A DNA stretch of 60,597 nt. Source: a bacterium. Its GTDB lineage: Bacteria; Zhuqueibacterota; Zhuqueibacteria; Zhuqueibacterales; Zhuqueibacteraceae. Made by a program: the position numbers and the translations under genes. The stretch covers positions 1-60,597 of the forward strand of contig JBIOXB010000177.1 of NCBI GenBank assembly GCA_044869275.1. The letters are read 5' to 3'. The stretch's first letter is position 1. Every line of letters starts with the position of its first letter. This document shows, piece by piece, positions 1-11,081 of the stretch. Below the pieces are notes generated by a model. The model did not search any database. It saw only the letters and a list, made by a program, of their open reading frames with translations, and was not told where the DNA came from.

Positions 1-162
1 ATGTGGCAGAACAGAACTTGTTATGATGAAAATCTCTTCTTGGCACAAATGGCCAAACATCTCATCGCCAATCAAAACCAAAATTAAAAAAAAGCTGATT
101 TTTAACTTGACATAGTGAGTCCGTTGGTGAAGAATTCTTCAGAATTCTACTCTAACAGGGTG

Positions 163-669
163 CTAAGTTTCGATTGCCCATCGCCCACACGCTTCGCGTA
201 ATTCACTCATAATCCTCTCCGCCACCACTTGCGCCGCCTTCTCGACTTCCCGTGAAAGGCCCACGCCCGAGGCAAAATTCTTTCCTTCGACTCCATACAC
301 CACGAGCTTGGCGGGAAGCTGATTCATGGCTCTCGCCAACTCTATTGCCTCGGCCAAACCAAAGGCGTGCGTGGAATAATTAAAGAATCTTGCCGGCAGA
401 CGCTCGTCGTGAGCGTCAAAGCGATAGACGGCCCCGGCCTTGGCCGCGGTACGCGCGGCATCGATCACAACAACATTTTTCGCCCTTCGCCACGTTTCCA
501 TCAGTGCCGTGCCTTCCCCGCTTTGCTCCAGAATCGCCACCCCTTCGTGGGCCCGATCTTTTAAACGGCGCGCGACGATGAGGCCGACGGCGTCATCGCT
601 GCGATATTCATTCCCTATGCCGATGATCAATACTCGGGCTTGCGGCGGCAGAGCTGCTGTGGCGGGCAT
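163..669 (-). CDS. Hydrogenase maturation protease (HyaD/HycI family)
   Basis: IIGIGNEYRSDDAVG, VVVIDAA and STHAFG motifs; immediately downstream of the hydrogenase large subunit. Confidence 0.93.
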   Translation of the reverse strand: MPATAALPPQARVLIIGIGNEYRSDDAVGLIVARRLKDRAHEGVAILEQSGEGTALMETWRRAKNVVVIDAARTAAKAGAVYRFDAHDERLPARFFNYSTHAFGLAEAIELARAMNQLPAKLVVYGVEGKNFASGVGLSREVEKAAQVVAERIMSELREACGRWAIET

Positions 670-672
670 ATT

Positions 673-1962
673 TTACACGCGCTCAATGTGGAGTTTCAAA
701 AAATGCGTCGCGCAAGAAATGCAAGGATCATAGTTTCGAATCGCCTGCTCGCATTGCCAGGCGAGTTTATCCTGCGGCAGATGCAGGTGTTGCCGCACGA
801 AGCGGTCGAGATCGCGCTCGATCATTCTTTGATTTTGCGAGGTCGGCGGGACAATTTTGGCGTCGAGGATCATGCCATGATCATCCAGGCGATAACGATG
901 ATAAAGAATGCCGCGCGGCGCTTCGGTGCAGGCATAGCCGGTGGCGGCTTGGGGCTCGAGCTCGATAAAAGGCTTCTCCGGCATTTCATATTCGCCGATG
1001 ATTCGCAACGCCTCGTCGCAGGCATAAACCGTTTCGACGCTGCGGACGATGATGCTCTGAAATGGATTGCGGCACACCGGCCCCAACCCGGCGGCGCGCG
1101 CTGCTTCTTGCGCCAGCGGCGAAAGCCGGTCGAAGTTCAAGCCGTAGCGTGCCAGCGGGCCGACGAAATAAGCGCCGCGCTCTTTCAAAACGGAGTGCAA
1201 AGCATTGGAATGAGACACGTGTTCTTCAACAAAAGAATAGTCGTAATCGTGCACGGAAATGTCCAAACCCTTGTTCGATACGAGCCGCCCTTCGTTGAAG
1301 GGATATTCGTTGGGATGCCGCAGCGCCACGAATTCATAGTCTTGCTCGAAATCCGGAAACTCGAGCGTCGCGGTCCAGCGCACGGTTTCGAGCGCGGCGT
1401 CGCGCGCCCATTTGAGTTTTTCCGCGAGCGCGGCCAGATCACCCCGGCCCGGAACTTTGTAAAATCCTCCGACCCGCACGTTGATCGGATGGATTTCTCG
1501 GCCACCCAGGAGCGTGACGATCTCATTTCCGATCTTCTTGAGCTGCAGCCCACGTTGCACGATTTCGGGATGGCGCTTCGCCATTTGAATGGCGTCGTCG
1601 TAGCCCAGAAAATCCGGGGCATGCAGCATGAAAATGTGCAAGACGTGGCTTTCAATCCATTCGCCGCAATAGATCAGCCGCCGCAAGGCGCGCAACGGTC
1701 CTTGAACTTGCACGCCGAAGGCATCCTCTATCGCGTGCACGGCGCTCATTTGATAGGCAATGGGACAAATGCCGCAAATACGCGCGGTGATATCCGGCGC
1801 TTCACGGCAATGACGCCCGCGCAAAAAGGCCTCGAAGAAACGCGGCGGCTCGAAAATCTTTAATTTGACCTCGGAAACAGTTTTATCTTTGATCTTGATA
1901 TACAACGCGCCTTCGCCTTCGACGCGGGCGAGATAATCGATCTTAATAGTTTTCGTTTTCAT
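673..1962 (-). CDS. hydA: Group 3b [NiFe] hydrogenase (sulfhydrogenase) large/alpha subunit
   Basis: ARVEGEG, L1 motif RICGICP, L2 motif DPCISCATH followed by a cleavable tail FLKLHIERV; beta/gamma/delta subunits in the same operon. Confidence 0.93.
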   Translation of the reverse strand: MKTKTIKIDYLARVEGEGALYIKIKDKTVSEVKLKIFEPPRFFEAFLRGRHCREAPDITARICGICPIAYQMSAVHAIEDAFGVQVQGPLRALRRLIYCGEWIESHVLHIFMLHAPDFLGYDDAIQMAKRHPEIVQRGLQLKKIGNEIVTLLGGREIHPINVRVGGFYKVPGRGDLAALAEKLKWARDAALETVRWTATLEFPDFEQDYEFVALRHPNEYPFNEGRLVSNKGLDISVHDYDYSFVEEHVSHSNALHSVLKERGAYFVGPLARYGLNFDRLSPLAQEAARAAGLGPVCRNPFQSIIVRSVETVYACDEALRIIGEYEMPEKPFIELEPQAATGYACTEAPRGILYHRYRLDDHGMILDAKIVPPTSQNQRMIERDLDRFVRQHLHLPQDKLAWQCEQAIRNYDPCISCATHFLKLHIERV

Positions 1963-2404
1963 GATCGCTTGCTCTGGCGCTCGCCTGTTTCGTCTTCAGC
2001 CAGCGCTCGATGGGAACCAGGGCGAGCAGAGTAATCAACACGATGGCGGTGGCGACCACCGATGGCCACCACAGGCTGGCGCCAATGGCGACGCCGATGG
2101 CGGAGACCACAAAAATCGTCGCTGCCGTGGTGAGGCCCACGACGGCGCCATTCTCCCGCAGAATGACACCCGCACCAATGAAGCCGATGCCGGTGACGAC
2201 CTGCGCAGCGATACGCGTGGGATCAGCATTCGTCGCCATCTGTTGCGAGATGGTCGTGAACAGCGCCGAGCCCATGGCAATGAGAATATTGGTGCGCAGC
2301 CCGGCGGGTTTGTTGTGCAATTCCCTTTCCAGCCCGATGATACCACCTAACAACGCCGCGAGTATCAGCTTGCCCGCCGTATGGGTGACGAGATCAGTCA
2401 ACAT
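1943..2404 (-). CDS. MgtC/SapB family membrane protein
   Basis: [32 protein letters not shown] and GLTTAA motifs. Confidence 0.9.
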   Translation of the reverse strand: MLTDLVTHTAGKLILAALLGGIIGLERELHNKPAGLRTNILIAMGSALFTTISQQMATNADPTRIAAQVVTGIGFIGAGVILRENGAVVGLTTAATIFVVSAIGVAIGASLWWPSVVATAIVLITLLALVPIERWLKTKQASARASDHENENY

Positions 2405-2426
2405 GATTGCAGCTTGTCCTATTTTC

Positions 2427-3302
2427 TCACGGACTTTCTTTTGAGCTTAGACGAGCTTCATGCGCTTCACTCTCTTTACGAAAGGCTTCCGCGTAGGCAT
2501 TGAATCCACGAAAAGCAAGCACAAGCTCCTGTTCTCTGACGCCGAGACGGCGCCACCAACTGCTCAACGCCGTGGTGTTCGGCGATTCTTTCGGACCGAA
2601 GCAGCCGTAGCAGCCACGGGCATAGGCCGGGCAGATCGCGCCGCAACCGGCATGCGTCACCGGACCAAGACAGGGTGTGCCCTGGGCCACCATTACACAA
2701 ACCGTGCCGCGCCGCTTGCATTCCATGCACACGCTGTGCGGCGGCGTGTTCGGCTTGCGGCCGTTCAAAAAGGCGCTGAGCACCTCGACGAGCTGCATTT
2801 TATTGATCGGGCAGCCGCGCAATTCGAAATCCACGAACACGTGATCGGCAATCGGTGTGGATTTGTTGAGCGTCGAGATATAATCCGGAGTCGCGTAAAC
2901 GATGGCAACGAATTCCTTCACGTCTTTGAAATTGCGCAACGCTTGAATGCCGCCGGCCGTGGCACAAGCGCCAATCGTGACCAAAAACTTGGAAGCGCGG
3001 CGCACGTGATGAATGCGCTCGGCATCATGCGGCGTAGTGATGGAGCCTTCCACCAGCGAAAGATCGTAAGGCCCTTTCACCACGGTGCGGGTGGCTTCCG
3101 GAAAATTGGCGATTTCCACCGCGCCCGCAACCGCCAGTAGTTCATCTTCGCAATCTAACAAACTAAGCTGGCAGCCGTCGCAGGAGGCGAATTTCCAGAC
3201 CGCGACTTTAGGCTTTCTCCGTGCAAGTTTTTTGGCGCCGCCGCGCAGGCTGGTCCGCGCTGCGCGCAAAGAAGTCGCATTCGAGATTCGCTTTCGACGC
3301 AT
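2427..3302 (-). CDS. hydD: Group 3b hydrogenase small/delta subunit
   Basis: [24 protein letters not shown] and a C-terminal Cys cluster (CMEC, CLGP, CGAICP, CYGC); an alternative start lies at 3344. Confidence 0.9.
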   Translation of the reverse strand: MRRKRISNATSLRAARTSLRGGAKKLARRKPKVAVWKFASCDGCQLSLLDCEDELLAVAGAVEIANFPEATRTVVKGPYDLSLVEGSITTPHDAERIHHVRRASKFLVTIGACATAGGIQALRNFKDVKEFVAIVYATPDYISTLNKSTPIADHVFVDFELRGCPINKMQLVEVLSAFLNGRKPNTPPHSVCMECKRRGTVCVMVAQGTPCLGPVTHAGCGAICPAYARGCYGCFGPKESPNTTALSSWWRRLGVREQELVLAFRGFNAYAEAFRKESEAHEARLSSKESP

Positions 3303-3303
3303 G

Positions 3304-4179
3304 TCAGATTTCACGTTTGGCGAACCATTCTTTGATCCGGTCATAGCGAAACACCGGACCGTCTTTGCAGATAAAATGGCGGCCGAATTGGCAATGCCCG
3401 CACAGTCCGATCGCGCACTTCATGTTGCGCTCGAGCGACAGAAAAATATTCCCGGCCAAGACCCCGCGCTTTTGCAGCTCGAGCACGGTGAAACGCATCA
3501 TGACTTCTGGGCCGCATATCATGGCCACGGTGTTGCGCGAATCGAACGGCGCTTTGGGAATGAGTGTGGTGACGACCCCGACGTTGCCGCGCCACGCTCC
3601 CATCGCGCGATCGACCGTGACGTAAGCATGAACATCAAAGCGCGAGCGCCAGCCTTCCAGCTCGTGCCGGAAAAGAATATCAGCCGGGCTGCGCGTGCCG
3701 TACAACAAGACAACCTGGCCGAATTTTTCCCGCTGCGCCAGCAGCTTGTACACCGCCGGGCGCAAGGGCGCCAGGCCAATGCCGCCTGCGACGATCACCA
3801 CGTCGTTCCCGGCGGCCTCGCTCACCGGCCAGTGGCTGCCAAAAGGGCCGCGCACACCGAGCATGTCGCCGCGTTTCAATTTGCGCATCGCCTTGGTCAC
3901 GGTACCCACGGCGCGGGTAGTATGCACCAGAATTCGCGCACGGCTCGAATCGCCGCTGATGGAAATAGGCACTTCACCCACCCCAAATACGTAGAGCATG
4001 TTGAATTGTCCGGCGTCGAATGAAAAACCGTTCGCGCCCTCAGCCGCTTGGAGCTCAAGCGTAAAAGTGTCATCGGTATCATGCCGCAACTGCTGCACAC
4101 GATAGGGAAGCGGCAGCATGGCGTCACCAGGAGACGACGGTGTGTTGCCATTTTCTTCAAGCATGCGTGCCATAGACAT
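3304..4179 (-). CDS. hydG: Group 3b hydrogenase gamma subunit (FAD/NAD(P)-binding, 2Fe-2S)
   Basis: [26 protein letters not shown] and [12 protein letters not shown] motifs. Confidence 0.9.
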   Translation of the reverse strand: MSMARMLEENGNTPSSPGDAMLPLPYRVQQLRHDTDDTFTLELQAAEGANGFSFDAGQFNMLYVFGVGEVPISISGDSSRARILVHTTRAVGTVTKAMRKLKRGDMLGVRGPFGSHWPVSEAAGNDVVIVAGGIGLAPLRPAVYKLLAQREKFGQVVLLYGTRSPADILFRHELEGWRSRFDVHAYVTVDRAMGAWRGNVGVVTTLIPKAPFDSRNTVAMICGPEVMMRFTVLELQKRGVLAGNIFLSLERNMKCAIGLCGHCQFGRHFICKDGPVFRYDRIKEWFAKREI

Positions 4180-4618
4180 CCAAAAGCTGCAAGCGTGTGG
4201 CCTGCATGCGTTGCTCGATGATGTGCGTAAATCGCTTCAGAAGCTCATAACCGAGGTCGTGATCCTGCTCGCATTTCGTGCGCAGGCATTTGCCATCCAG
4301 CGCCAGCACGCGGGTGAGCTCCACCGCGCGCGCGTCGAAATGCCACTCATAGGGCGGAATCAGCCACGACCAACCCAGCACTTCACCTTCCCCCAGCGTT
4401 TGAACGGTGATCGGCCCGCGCTCCGCGGCGAATATCTCTATGGCCACGCGTCCATGGCGAATGATGAAGAATTGATTGGCTTCTTCCCCCTCGCGGCAAA
4501 GGAATTGTCCGGGTTCAAAGCGCGCGTTGGAGGCGCAGCCGACGAGCAGCTGCAGATGCTTTTCCTCGATGCCCTGCAAAAACGGGTGCTCTGCTAAAAC
4601 GGGTTCAAGCGTTTCCAT
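4157..4618 (-). CDS. Cyclic nucleotide-binding domain protein
   Basis: [25 protein letters not shown] and GEVLGWSWL; start METLEPV at 4618 follows the RBS AAGGAG. Confidence 0.88.
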   Translation of the reverse strand: METLEPVLAEHPFLQGIEEKHLQLLVGCASNARFEPGQFLCREGEEANQFFIIRHGRVAIEIFAAERGPITVQTLGEGEVLGWSWLIPPYEWHFDARAVELTRVLALDGKCLRTKCEQDHDLGYELLKRFTHIIEQRMQATRLQLLDVYGTHA

Positions 4619-5732
4619 CGTTTTGCTCCTTTTCACTTGCACGGAGGGCCCGAACTTCTTCCGTGATGTCGATTCCCACCGGGCACCAGGTGAGGCATCG
4701 TCCGCAACCCACACAGCCTGAGACGCCGAATTGGTCGATCCACGAAGCCAGCTTGTGCGTCAGCCATTGGCGATAACGCGCCCTGATTGAGGGCCGGACA
4801 CTGCCACCGTGGATGTAGGAAAAGTCCATGGTGAAACAGGAATCCCACTTGCGCCGGCGCTCGGCCTGCGCGCCCGCCAGGTCGGTGACGTCTTCCACCG
4901 TGGTGCAAAAGCACGTCGGGCAGACCATGGTGCAGTTGGCACAGGTCAAACAACGCTTGGCGACCTCGTCCCAGCGCGGATGTTCGGTGCTGTGGTAGAG
5001 CAGATCCTTAATACCGGAAGTGTCAAGGCGGCGCCCCATCTTGCCGGCCGTAATCGCCACCACTTGTTCGGCTTTCGCCGTCTCCGCTTCATTCGCCGGG
5101 TGATGCGGAATTTCACGCAGTATCTCTATACCCGCTTCGGTGCCGGTCTCAACGACAAAATAATGCCGATCCGTTTCCAGAATTTCTGTGAGCGCCAGAT
5201 CGAATCCTTGCTGCGCTTTCGGCCCGGTATTCATGGAAACACAGAAACAGGTGCCTCCGGCTTGGCCACAATTCACGGCAACGATGAAGATATTCTCCCG
5301 CCGAGACTTGTAAAAGGGATCCACGTATGGGCCATTCATGAAAATCTTGTCTTGAATGGCGAGGGCATGCAGCTCGCAAGAGCGGACGCCGATGAATGCC
5401 AATTTTTTTGCTTCCGCTTGCGCCGCTGAAACTTGAAAGCCATTGCGCGCGCGCCGGGCTTGCCACAGGCGCAGGGCAGGCGGATGCAGAAATTTCTTCC
5501 ACGACTGCGGGCCCACGGTATAGCCAAACAGCGCTTCATCCACACGTTGCTTGAGACGATACCCGCCGCTCTCTTGTTCATCGGTCCAGCCGATGGGCAG
5601 ATCGCGGCTCGAGCGCAGCTTGCCGAGAACAATGGCGCCGTCACGAACCGTTGGCCCAAGGATGGCGCCATACCCATGGTGCGTCAACACTGCGAAAAGG
5701 GCATCGAGGCCGTTGCGATCGATGATATTCAT
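4605..5732 (-). CDS. hydB: Group 3b hydrogenase beta subunit (4Fe-4S dicluster, AsrA-like)
   Basis: [25 protein letters not shown] and [12 protein letters not shown] motifs. Confidence 0.9.
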   Translation of the reverse strand: MNIIDRNGLDALFAVLTHHGYGAILGPTVRDGAIVLGKLRSSRDLPIGWTDEQESGGYRLKQRVDEALFGYTVGPQSWKKFLHPPALRLWQARRARNGFQVSAAQAEAKKLAFIGVRSCELHALAIQDKIFMNGPYVDPFYKSRRENIFIVAVNCGQAGGTCFCVSMNTGPKAQQGFDLALTEILETDRHYFVVETGTEAGIEILREIPHHPANEAETAKAEQVVAITAGKMGRRLDTSGIKDLLYHSTEHPRWDEVAKRCLTCANCTMVCPTCFCTTVEDVTDLAGAQAERRRKWDSCFTMDFSYIHGGSVRPSIRARYRQWLTHKLASWIDQFGVSGCVGCGRCLTWCPVGIDITEEVRALRASEKEQNDGNA

Positions 5733-5751
5733 AACCCGGACAGCCGGAACC

Positions 5752-5815
5752 CCAAAATTCAAATCACAAAATCCAAGAGTGGTTTTGAGTCTCGAGTTTT
5801 GGATTTTGGATTTCG
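5752..5815. repeat. Heptamer-array inverted repeat (CCAAAAT / ATTTTGG type)
   Basis: ccaaaat tcaaatc acaaaat ccaagag ... ttttgag tctcgag ttttgga ttttgga tttcg. Confidence 0.65.
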
Positions 5816-5859
5816 TTGCTCAAAAAGCACAGATTTCACTTCTAATGAAGTTTAGCGGA

Positions 5860-5887
5860 TTTTCATCCCGAAGGGCCGGGATGAAAA
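5860..5887. repeat. Perfect 11-bp stem hairpin (REP-like)
   Basis: ttttcatcccg-aagggc-cgggatgaaaa. Confidence 0.6.
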
Positions 5888-5927
5888 CCGAAGCTCGTTA
5901 CGGAGCAGCTTTAGACAAAAAAACTCT

Positions 5928-5989
5928 CCAACGGATCAAAAACGACCAACGGATTATTCTGAATCCGTTGGTCGCTTCCCATCCGTTGG
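5928..5989. repeat. Nested inverted repeat (CCAACGGAT x2 / ATCCGTTGG x2)
   Basis: ccaacggat..cgaccaacggatt-attctg-aatccgttggtcg..atccgttgg. Confidence 0.65.
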
Positions 5990-6067
5990 CGAGGAAGCTT
6001 TCAGATTTTATTCTGACTTTGAGTGCCTTATGGCATAAAACGTTTTCTGTTCTCTTGCCGCACCGCC

Positions 6068-8320
6068 TCACTTGCCCTGGGCCTCCACCACCGCAATCGC
6101 CGTCATGTTGATCACATCGATCTCGCTCATGCTGCCGATTTGCAGAACGTGAACCGGCTTTTTCATGCCCATGAGAATCGGGCCAATGGCTTCGGCATGG
6201 CCGAGGCGCTGCAGCAGCTTGTAGGCAACGTTGCCGCTGATCAGATCCGGAAAGACGAGCACATTGGCGCCGCCTTTGATCGCACAAAAGGGATAAAACT
6301 CGTCGATGATTTCAGGCGTCACCGCAGTGTCGGCTTGCATCTCGCCGTCGACGATGAAGTCCACCTCTTTGTGGCGCAAAATGGCCAGCGCCTCCAGCAC
6401 TTTCTGGGAAAGGGGATGTTTGACGCTGCCGAAGTTCGAAAACGACAACAACGCCACGCGCGGCTCGATATTGAACCGGCGGACTTCCTTCGCCGCCAGG
6501 ATCGCGATCTCCGCCAAATCTTCGGCGCTCGGATCGATATTCACCGTCGCATCGGCAATGAAGTACACGCCGTTTTTGAACACCATGGCGTACAAGCCTG
6601 CCACTTTCTTCACGCCTTCGCGCAACTTGACGATTTGCAGCGCCGGGCGCAGCGTGTCGGGGTAATGTTTGGTCAAGCCGGAGACCATGCCGTCGGCTTC
6701 ACCCAAATGCACCATCATGGGCCCGAAATAGTGGCGATGCCGCATCAGCTCTTGGGCGTCGCGCCGCGTGAGGCCATGGCGTTTGCGCAACTCATAAAAC
6801 GCGTTGACGTAGGCCGGCAGCTTCTGCGAGACCAGCGGATTGACGATCTCCACGCCGCCATGCAAATGAATGCGCATTTCCTCCACGCGGCTCAGAATCG
6901 CCTTTTCCTCGCCGAGCAGAATGGGATGGGCGAGCCCTTCGTCCAGAATGACTTCGCAGGCCTTGAGCACCGCCGGAAAATCGCCCTCGGGATAAACGAT
7001 GCGCTTGGGCGCGGCTTTGGCTTTGTTGATCATCACCCGCATGAATTTCCGCGAAACCCCCAAACGCCCTTCCAGCTCTTCGCGATATTTGTCGAGATCG
7101 ATCTGCTTTTGCGCCACGCCGCTGTTCATCGCCGCTTGCGCCACTGCCGGCGCGACCCACAGCAGCACACGAGGATCGAACGGCTTGGGGATAATGTAGT
7201 CGCGGCCGAATTTGAGATTTTGCAGACGGTAGGCTTTGATCACGGTGTAGGGCACGGGCTCCTTGGCGAGTTCAGCCAAAGCGCGCGTGGCGGCATGTTT
7301 CATGTCTTCGTTGATCGTGGTCGCACGCACGTCCAACGCGCCGCGAAAGATGAACGGAAAACCGAGCACGTTGTTGACTTGATTGGGATAGTCCGAACGG
7401 CCCGTCGCCATGATCAAATCCGAGCGCACGGCGGTCGCTTCCTCGTAGGTAATCTCAGGATCGGGATTCGCCATGGCGAAGATGACCGGGTCCTTGGCCA
7501 TGGACTTCACCATCTCCTTCGTCACCATATTTGCGCCGGAGAGCCCGACGAAAACATCTGCGCCTGCCATCGCTTCAGCGAGCGTGCGCGCCTTGGTTTC
7601 AGCTGCGAGCTTGGCTTTGTAAGGATTCATGTTGTCGGTGCGGCCGGCATAGACGACGCCTTTGGTGTCACACAAAATCAGATTCCGTCGTGACACGCCC
7701 AGGCTCAGATAATAGTTGGCGCACGCAATGCCCGAGGCCCCCGCACCATTGAACACCACCTTGACCTTGCTGAGGTCCTTGCCCACCAATTCCAGCGCAT
7801 TGAGCAGCGCCGCGCCCGAGATGATGGCGGTGCCGTGTTGATCGTCGTGAAACACCGGGATCTTCATGGTCTTTTTCAGTGTTTCCTCGATTTGAAAACA
7901 TTCCGGCGCCTTAATGTCTTCGAGATTGATGCCTCCGAACGTCGGCTCCATCAGCTGCACGGCTTTGATGATCTCCGCCGGATCGTGCGAATTCAGCTCG
8001 AGATCGAAAACATCGACATCGGCGAAGCGTTTGAAGAGCACGCCCTTGCCTTCCATGACGGGCTTGCCCGCTTCCGCGCCAATATCACCGAGACCGAGCA
8101 CCGCGGTGCCGTTGGATACCACCGCCACGAGATTGCCGCGCGCGGTATATTCCCAGACCTTTTCGGTATGGTCATGAATTTCGCGGCAGGGCTCGGCGAC
8201 GCCGGGGGTGTAGGCCATCGCCAAGTCCGTTTGCGTCGCGCAAGGTTTGGTCGACACCACCTCGATTTTGCCCTTGCGGCCTTCGCTATGGTAACGCAGG
8301 GCTTCGGCTTTGGATATCAT
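6068..8320 (-). CDS. maeB: NADP-dependent malic enzyme with phosphotransacetylase-like domain
   Basis: [38 protein letters not shown] and C-terminal DGEMQAD; 750 aa. Confidence 0.96.
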   Translation of the reverse strand: MISKAEALRYHSEGRKGKIEVVSTKPCATQTDLAMAYTPGVAEPCREIHDHTEKVWEYTARGNLVAVVSNGTAVLGLGDIGAEAGKPVMEGKGVLFKRFADVDVFDLELNSHDPAEIIKAVQLMEPTFGGINLEDIKAPECFQIEETLKKTMKIPVFHDDQHGTAIISGAALLNALELVGKDLSKVKVVFNGAGASGIACANYYLSLGVSRRNLILCDTKGVVYAGRTDNMNPYKAKLAAETKARTLAEAMAGADVFVGLSGANMVTKEMVKSMAKDPVIFAMANPDPEITYEEATAVRSDLIMATGRSDYPNQVNNVLGFPFIFRGALDVRATTINEDMKHAATRALAELAKEPVPYTVIKAYRLQNLKFGRDYIIPKPFDPRVLLWVAPAVAQAAMNSGVAQKQIDLDKYREELEGRLGVSRKFMRVMINKAKAAPKRIVYPEGDFPAVLKACEVILDEGLAHPILLGEEKAILSRVEEMRIHLHGGVEIVNPLVSQKLPAYVNAFYELRKRHGLTRRDAQELMRHRHYFGPMMVHLGEADGMVSGLTKHYPDTLRPALQIVKLREGVKKVAGLYAMVFKNGVYFIADATVNIDPSAEDLAEIAILAAKEVRRFNIEPRVALLSFSNFGSVKHPLSQKVLEALAILRHKEVDFIVDGEMQADTAVTPEIIDEFYPFCAIKGGANVLVFPDLISGNVAYKLLQRLGHAEAIGPILMGMKKPVHVLQIGSMSEIDVINMTAIAVVEAQGK

Positions 8321-8355
8321 TGTAGTTCTCCATCAGAGAGTGATTCAACGGCAGT

Positions 8356-8474
8356 CAGAATGTGCGAAAACTTGGGAATGCCGCACCCTGAGCTTGTCGA
8401 AGGGTGCTAAGTTCAAAAAATCCGGCTTCGACAAGCTCAACCGGCGTTAAGACCAAGCGTTTTCACACAATCTG
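8356..8474. repeat. REP/REPIN-like palindromic doublet nested in an outer imperfect inverted repeat
   Basis: tgagcttgtcgaag (8389-8402) and cttcgacaagctca (8426-8439) form a perfect 14-bp IR; outer arms cagaatgtgcgaaaacttgg / ccaagcgttttcacacaatctg. Confidence 0.65.
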
Positions 8475-8483
8475 AGTCTTCTT

Positions 8484-8546
8484 TGGATTGATGGAGTATT
8501 GGAGAAATGGATTATTGGGGTCGGGATGGTAGGTTCCAACAATTCA
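8484..8546. repeat. Partial octamer-array element (TGGAxxxx)
   Basis: tggattga tggagtat tggagaaa tggattat; only a short opposite arm (ttccaacaattca) reaching the ald-like stop codon. Confidence 0.55.
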
Positions 8547-9692
8547 TTGTTCCGCCGCTCCGTTATGTATGGGCGCAACCAGTTCCTCCATCGGCACGGC
8601 GGGCCAGCCCAGCAGTTTCCCCATCTCGGCATGGGTGCATTGCCCGTTATAGAGATAGGCCCCGTGCCGGAGCAGCGCGTTGGTTGCAAACGCCGATTCC
8701 CCACGTTCGGCCACGAGCCGGAGAAAAGGCAAAATCACGTTGTTGAGCGCGTGCGAAGCCGTGCGCGCTACCAGCGCCGGAATGTTCGGCACGGCATAGT
8801 GAATCACGCCATGATGAATGAAAACCGGATCGGAGTGCGAAGTCGGCCGGCTGGTTTCGATGCAGCCGCCCTGGTCAATGGCAACGTCCAAGATCACACT
8901 GCCCTTGCGCATGCGCTTGACTTGCGTCTCGGTCACGATATGAGGAGATTGCCGGCCGTGAATCTGCACTGCCCCGACCAGAACATCGGTGTTTTCCATG
9001 TAACGATCGATACTATAAGGCGTGGCCATGACCGTATTGACTTTGTTGTGCAGTTGTTTTTCAAGCTGGCGCAGGCGCGAGAGATCACTATCCATCACGG
9101 TGACGTCAGCGCCGGCGCCGGCAAATGCCTCTGCCGCCGTGCTGCCGACGATGCCTGCCCCGATAATTACCACATGCGCCGCGGGGATTCCGGCGGCGCC
9201 GCCGAGAGCAATGCCGCGACCGCCTTTCGGCGTCGCCAAAAACTGGCCCGCGATTTGAGGCAAGAGCATGCCCACGATTTCGCTCATGGCCGTGAGCACG
9301 GGCAGATTGCCCGCGTCATCCTCCATCAGGTTATAGCCGATCGCGGTGCATTTTGCTTCGCACAAGGCGGCCATGATCTTTGGATTGACGACGCCGAAAT
9401 TGATAAAACTGAAAAGCATTTTGCCCGCCGTGAGCCATTCCACTTCCTGCCAGGTGGGCGGCATGACGGTCACGATGAGCTGGGCATTCCCAAAGACCTC
9501 ACTTGCGCCAAATCCCAGCGTGGCCCCAGCCTCGTCGTAAGCTTCGTTGGTGAAGCCACAGACCAGGCCCGCACCCATCTGCACGATGACCTTGTGCCCG
9601 GCCTTCACCAGCGTGTTGATGCCAGCAGGGGTCAAGGCGACGCGATGCTCGTCGCGCCAGCTTTCCTTGGGAACACCGATGATCATCGTCAT
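8544..9692 (-). CDS. ald: Alanine dehydrogenase family protein (divergent; catalytic motifs altered)
   Basis: GVPKE..EHRVALTP, GAGIVG, DVAIDQGGCIETS and HYAVPNIP are present, but KVKEP reads TVMPP and YLHLA reads FINFG. Confidence 0.75.
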   Translation of the reverse strand: MTMIIGVPKESWRDEHRVALTPAGINTLVKAGHKVIVQMGAGLVCGFTNEAYDEAGATLGFGASEVFGNAQLIVTVMPPTWQEVEWLTAGKMLFSFINFGVVNPKIMAALCEAKCTAIGYNLMEDDAGNLPVLTAMSEIVGMLLPQIAGQFLATPKGGRGIALGGAAGIPAAHVVIIGAGIVGSTAAEAFAGAGADVTVMDSDLSRLRQLEKQLHNKVNTVMATPYSIDRYMENTDVLVGAVQIHGRQSPHIVTETQVKRMRKGSVILDVAIDQGGCIETSRPTSHSDPVFIHHGVIHYAVPNIPALVARTASHALNNVILPFLRLVAERGESAFATNALLRHGAYLYNGQCTHAEMGKLLGWPAVPMEELVAPIHNGAAEQ

Positions 9693-9710
9693 CCTCTGCG
9701 TTGACTTGGT

Positions 9711-10820
9711 TCACCACGCGTATCGCTCGCCGCGAATTTGGCGCGGACGGCTCAACACATGCATGCGTTTGAGCTTTGCCACCTGCTCGAGACGATGCTC
9801 GGCCAGACGATTGGAAGCCTCGCATGTTGGAATGTTCTCCTGGCGCGCAATGGCAATGATTCGTTTCAGGATGTTGTAGATGCCTTCCGCTTCCTTGATG
9901 GCCTTGTCGCGATGATAGCCCTCGATCTCATTGGCAACATTGATCAGCCCGCCGGCGTTGATGACGTAGTCGGGAGCATAGAGAATCTTTCTTTCCATGA
10001 GCATGCGGCCGTGTAGGTGCTCGTCCGCGAGTTGATTGTTGGCGCCGCCCGCGATGATCTTGACCTTCAGGCGTGGAATGGTCTCGTTGTTGATGATGGC
10101 TCCCAGGGCACAGGGCGCAAAGATTTCCGCCTCCACGTCATAGATTTTTTCCGGCGCGACCCCTTCGACGCCCAACTCCCGCACGCAACGCACGACCCGC
10201 TCATCGCGGATATCGGTCACAAAAAGCATGGCACCCTCTTTGCGCAGCAATTCCGTCAGATGATACCCGACGTGACCCACACCCTGCACCGCCACCCTGC
10301 GCTCGCGCAAGGAAGGGGTTCCAAAAACCGCCTCGCAGCATGCCTTGAGACCGTAATAAACCCCGCGCGCGGTCACCGGTGAGGGGTCGCCGCTGCCGCC
10401 GAGTGCTTCAGAAATCCCAAGCACCCAGGGTGTCTCCATTCGCACCCATTCCATGTCGCGCACTTCCACGCCGACGTCTTCGCCGGTGATGAAGCGGCCA
10501 TTGAAGCCTTGCACGAATCGTCCGAAGGAGCGGAACACCATCTCATTTTTATCGCGCTGCGGATCTCCGATGATCACCGCCTTGCCGCCGCCGAAATTGA
10601 GACCGGCGGCCGCGGACTTGTAAGTCATGCCGCGCGCCAAACGCAGCACGTCTTGCAATGCTTCCTCTTCGGATTTGTAGGGCCACATACGGGTGCCGCC
10701 CAAAGCCGGGCCGAGCGTGGTGTCGTGAATCGCAATGATCGCGCGCAGACCGGTATCACGATCCTGGCAAAAGACGATCTCCTCATGATTGTATTCTTTC
10801 ATGGCATTGAAAACCTTCAT
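9711..10820 (-). CDS. ldh: Leucine dehydrogenase (Glu/Leu/Phe/Val dehydrogenase)
   Basis: IAIHDTTLGPALGGTRMW, GMTYK, GGGKAVI, GSGDPSPVTA and APDYVINAGG motifs. Confidence 0.92.
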   Translation of the reverse strand: MKVFNAMKEYNHEEIVFCQDRDTGLRAIIAIHDTTLGPALGGTRMWPYKSEEEALQDVLRLARGMTYKSAAAGLNFGGGKAVIIGDPQRDKNEMVFRSFGRFVQGFNGRFITGEDVGVEVRDMEWVRMETPWVLGISEALGGSGDPSPVTARGVYYGLKACCEAVFGTPSLRERRVAVQGVGHVGYHLTELLRKEGAMLFVTDIRDERVVRCVRELGVEGVAPEKIYDVEAEIFAPCALGAIINNETIPRLKVKIIAGGANNQLADEHLHGRMLMERKILYAPDYVINAGGLINVANEIEGYHRDKAIKEAEGIYNILKRIIAIARQENIPTCEASNRLAEHRLEQVAKLKRMHVLSRPRQIRGERYAW

Positions 10821-10832
10821 GGCCGTCTCCTT

Positions 10833-11045
10833 TCAAGCTCTTTCCCAGATGTCATGCTCCGTCCAGGGGCCCGCGGTGGCTTCCAGTTTTTCGAGCAGCC
10901 GTTCGAGTTGCGCCTCCTCGCTTTTCAATCCTTGTTTGAATTGCGAGGAATCGGTATGATAGATCTCGGCGCGCAGTTCCATGTAATATTGCCGCACAAT
11001 GCGCCGCAATTGTTCAGCTTCTTGCGGAGACAAAGTAATAATCAT
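10833..11045 (-). CDS. Small hypothetical protein (70 aa, helical)
   Basis: RBS GGAGGT before the ATG; fits the operon between the OFOR beta-gamma gene and ldh. Confidence 0.7.
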   Translation of the reverse strand: MIITLSPQEAEQLRRIVRQYYMELRAEIYHTDSSQFKQGLKSEEAQLERLLEKLEATAGPWTEHDIWERA

Positions 11046-11081
11046 GGCTCACCTCCGCGAACTGAAGTTCACTGCGAATGA

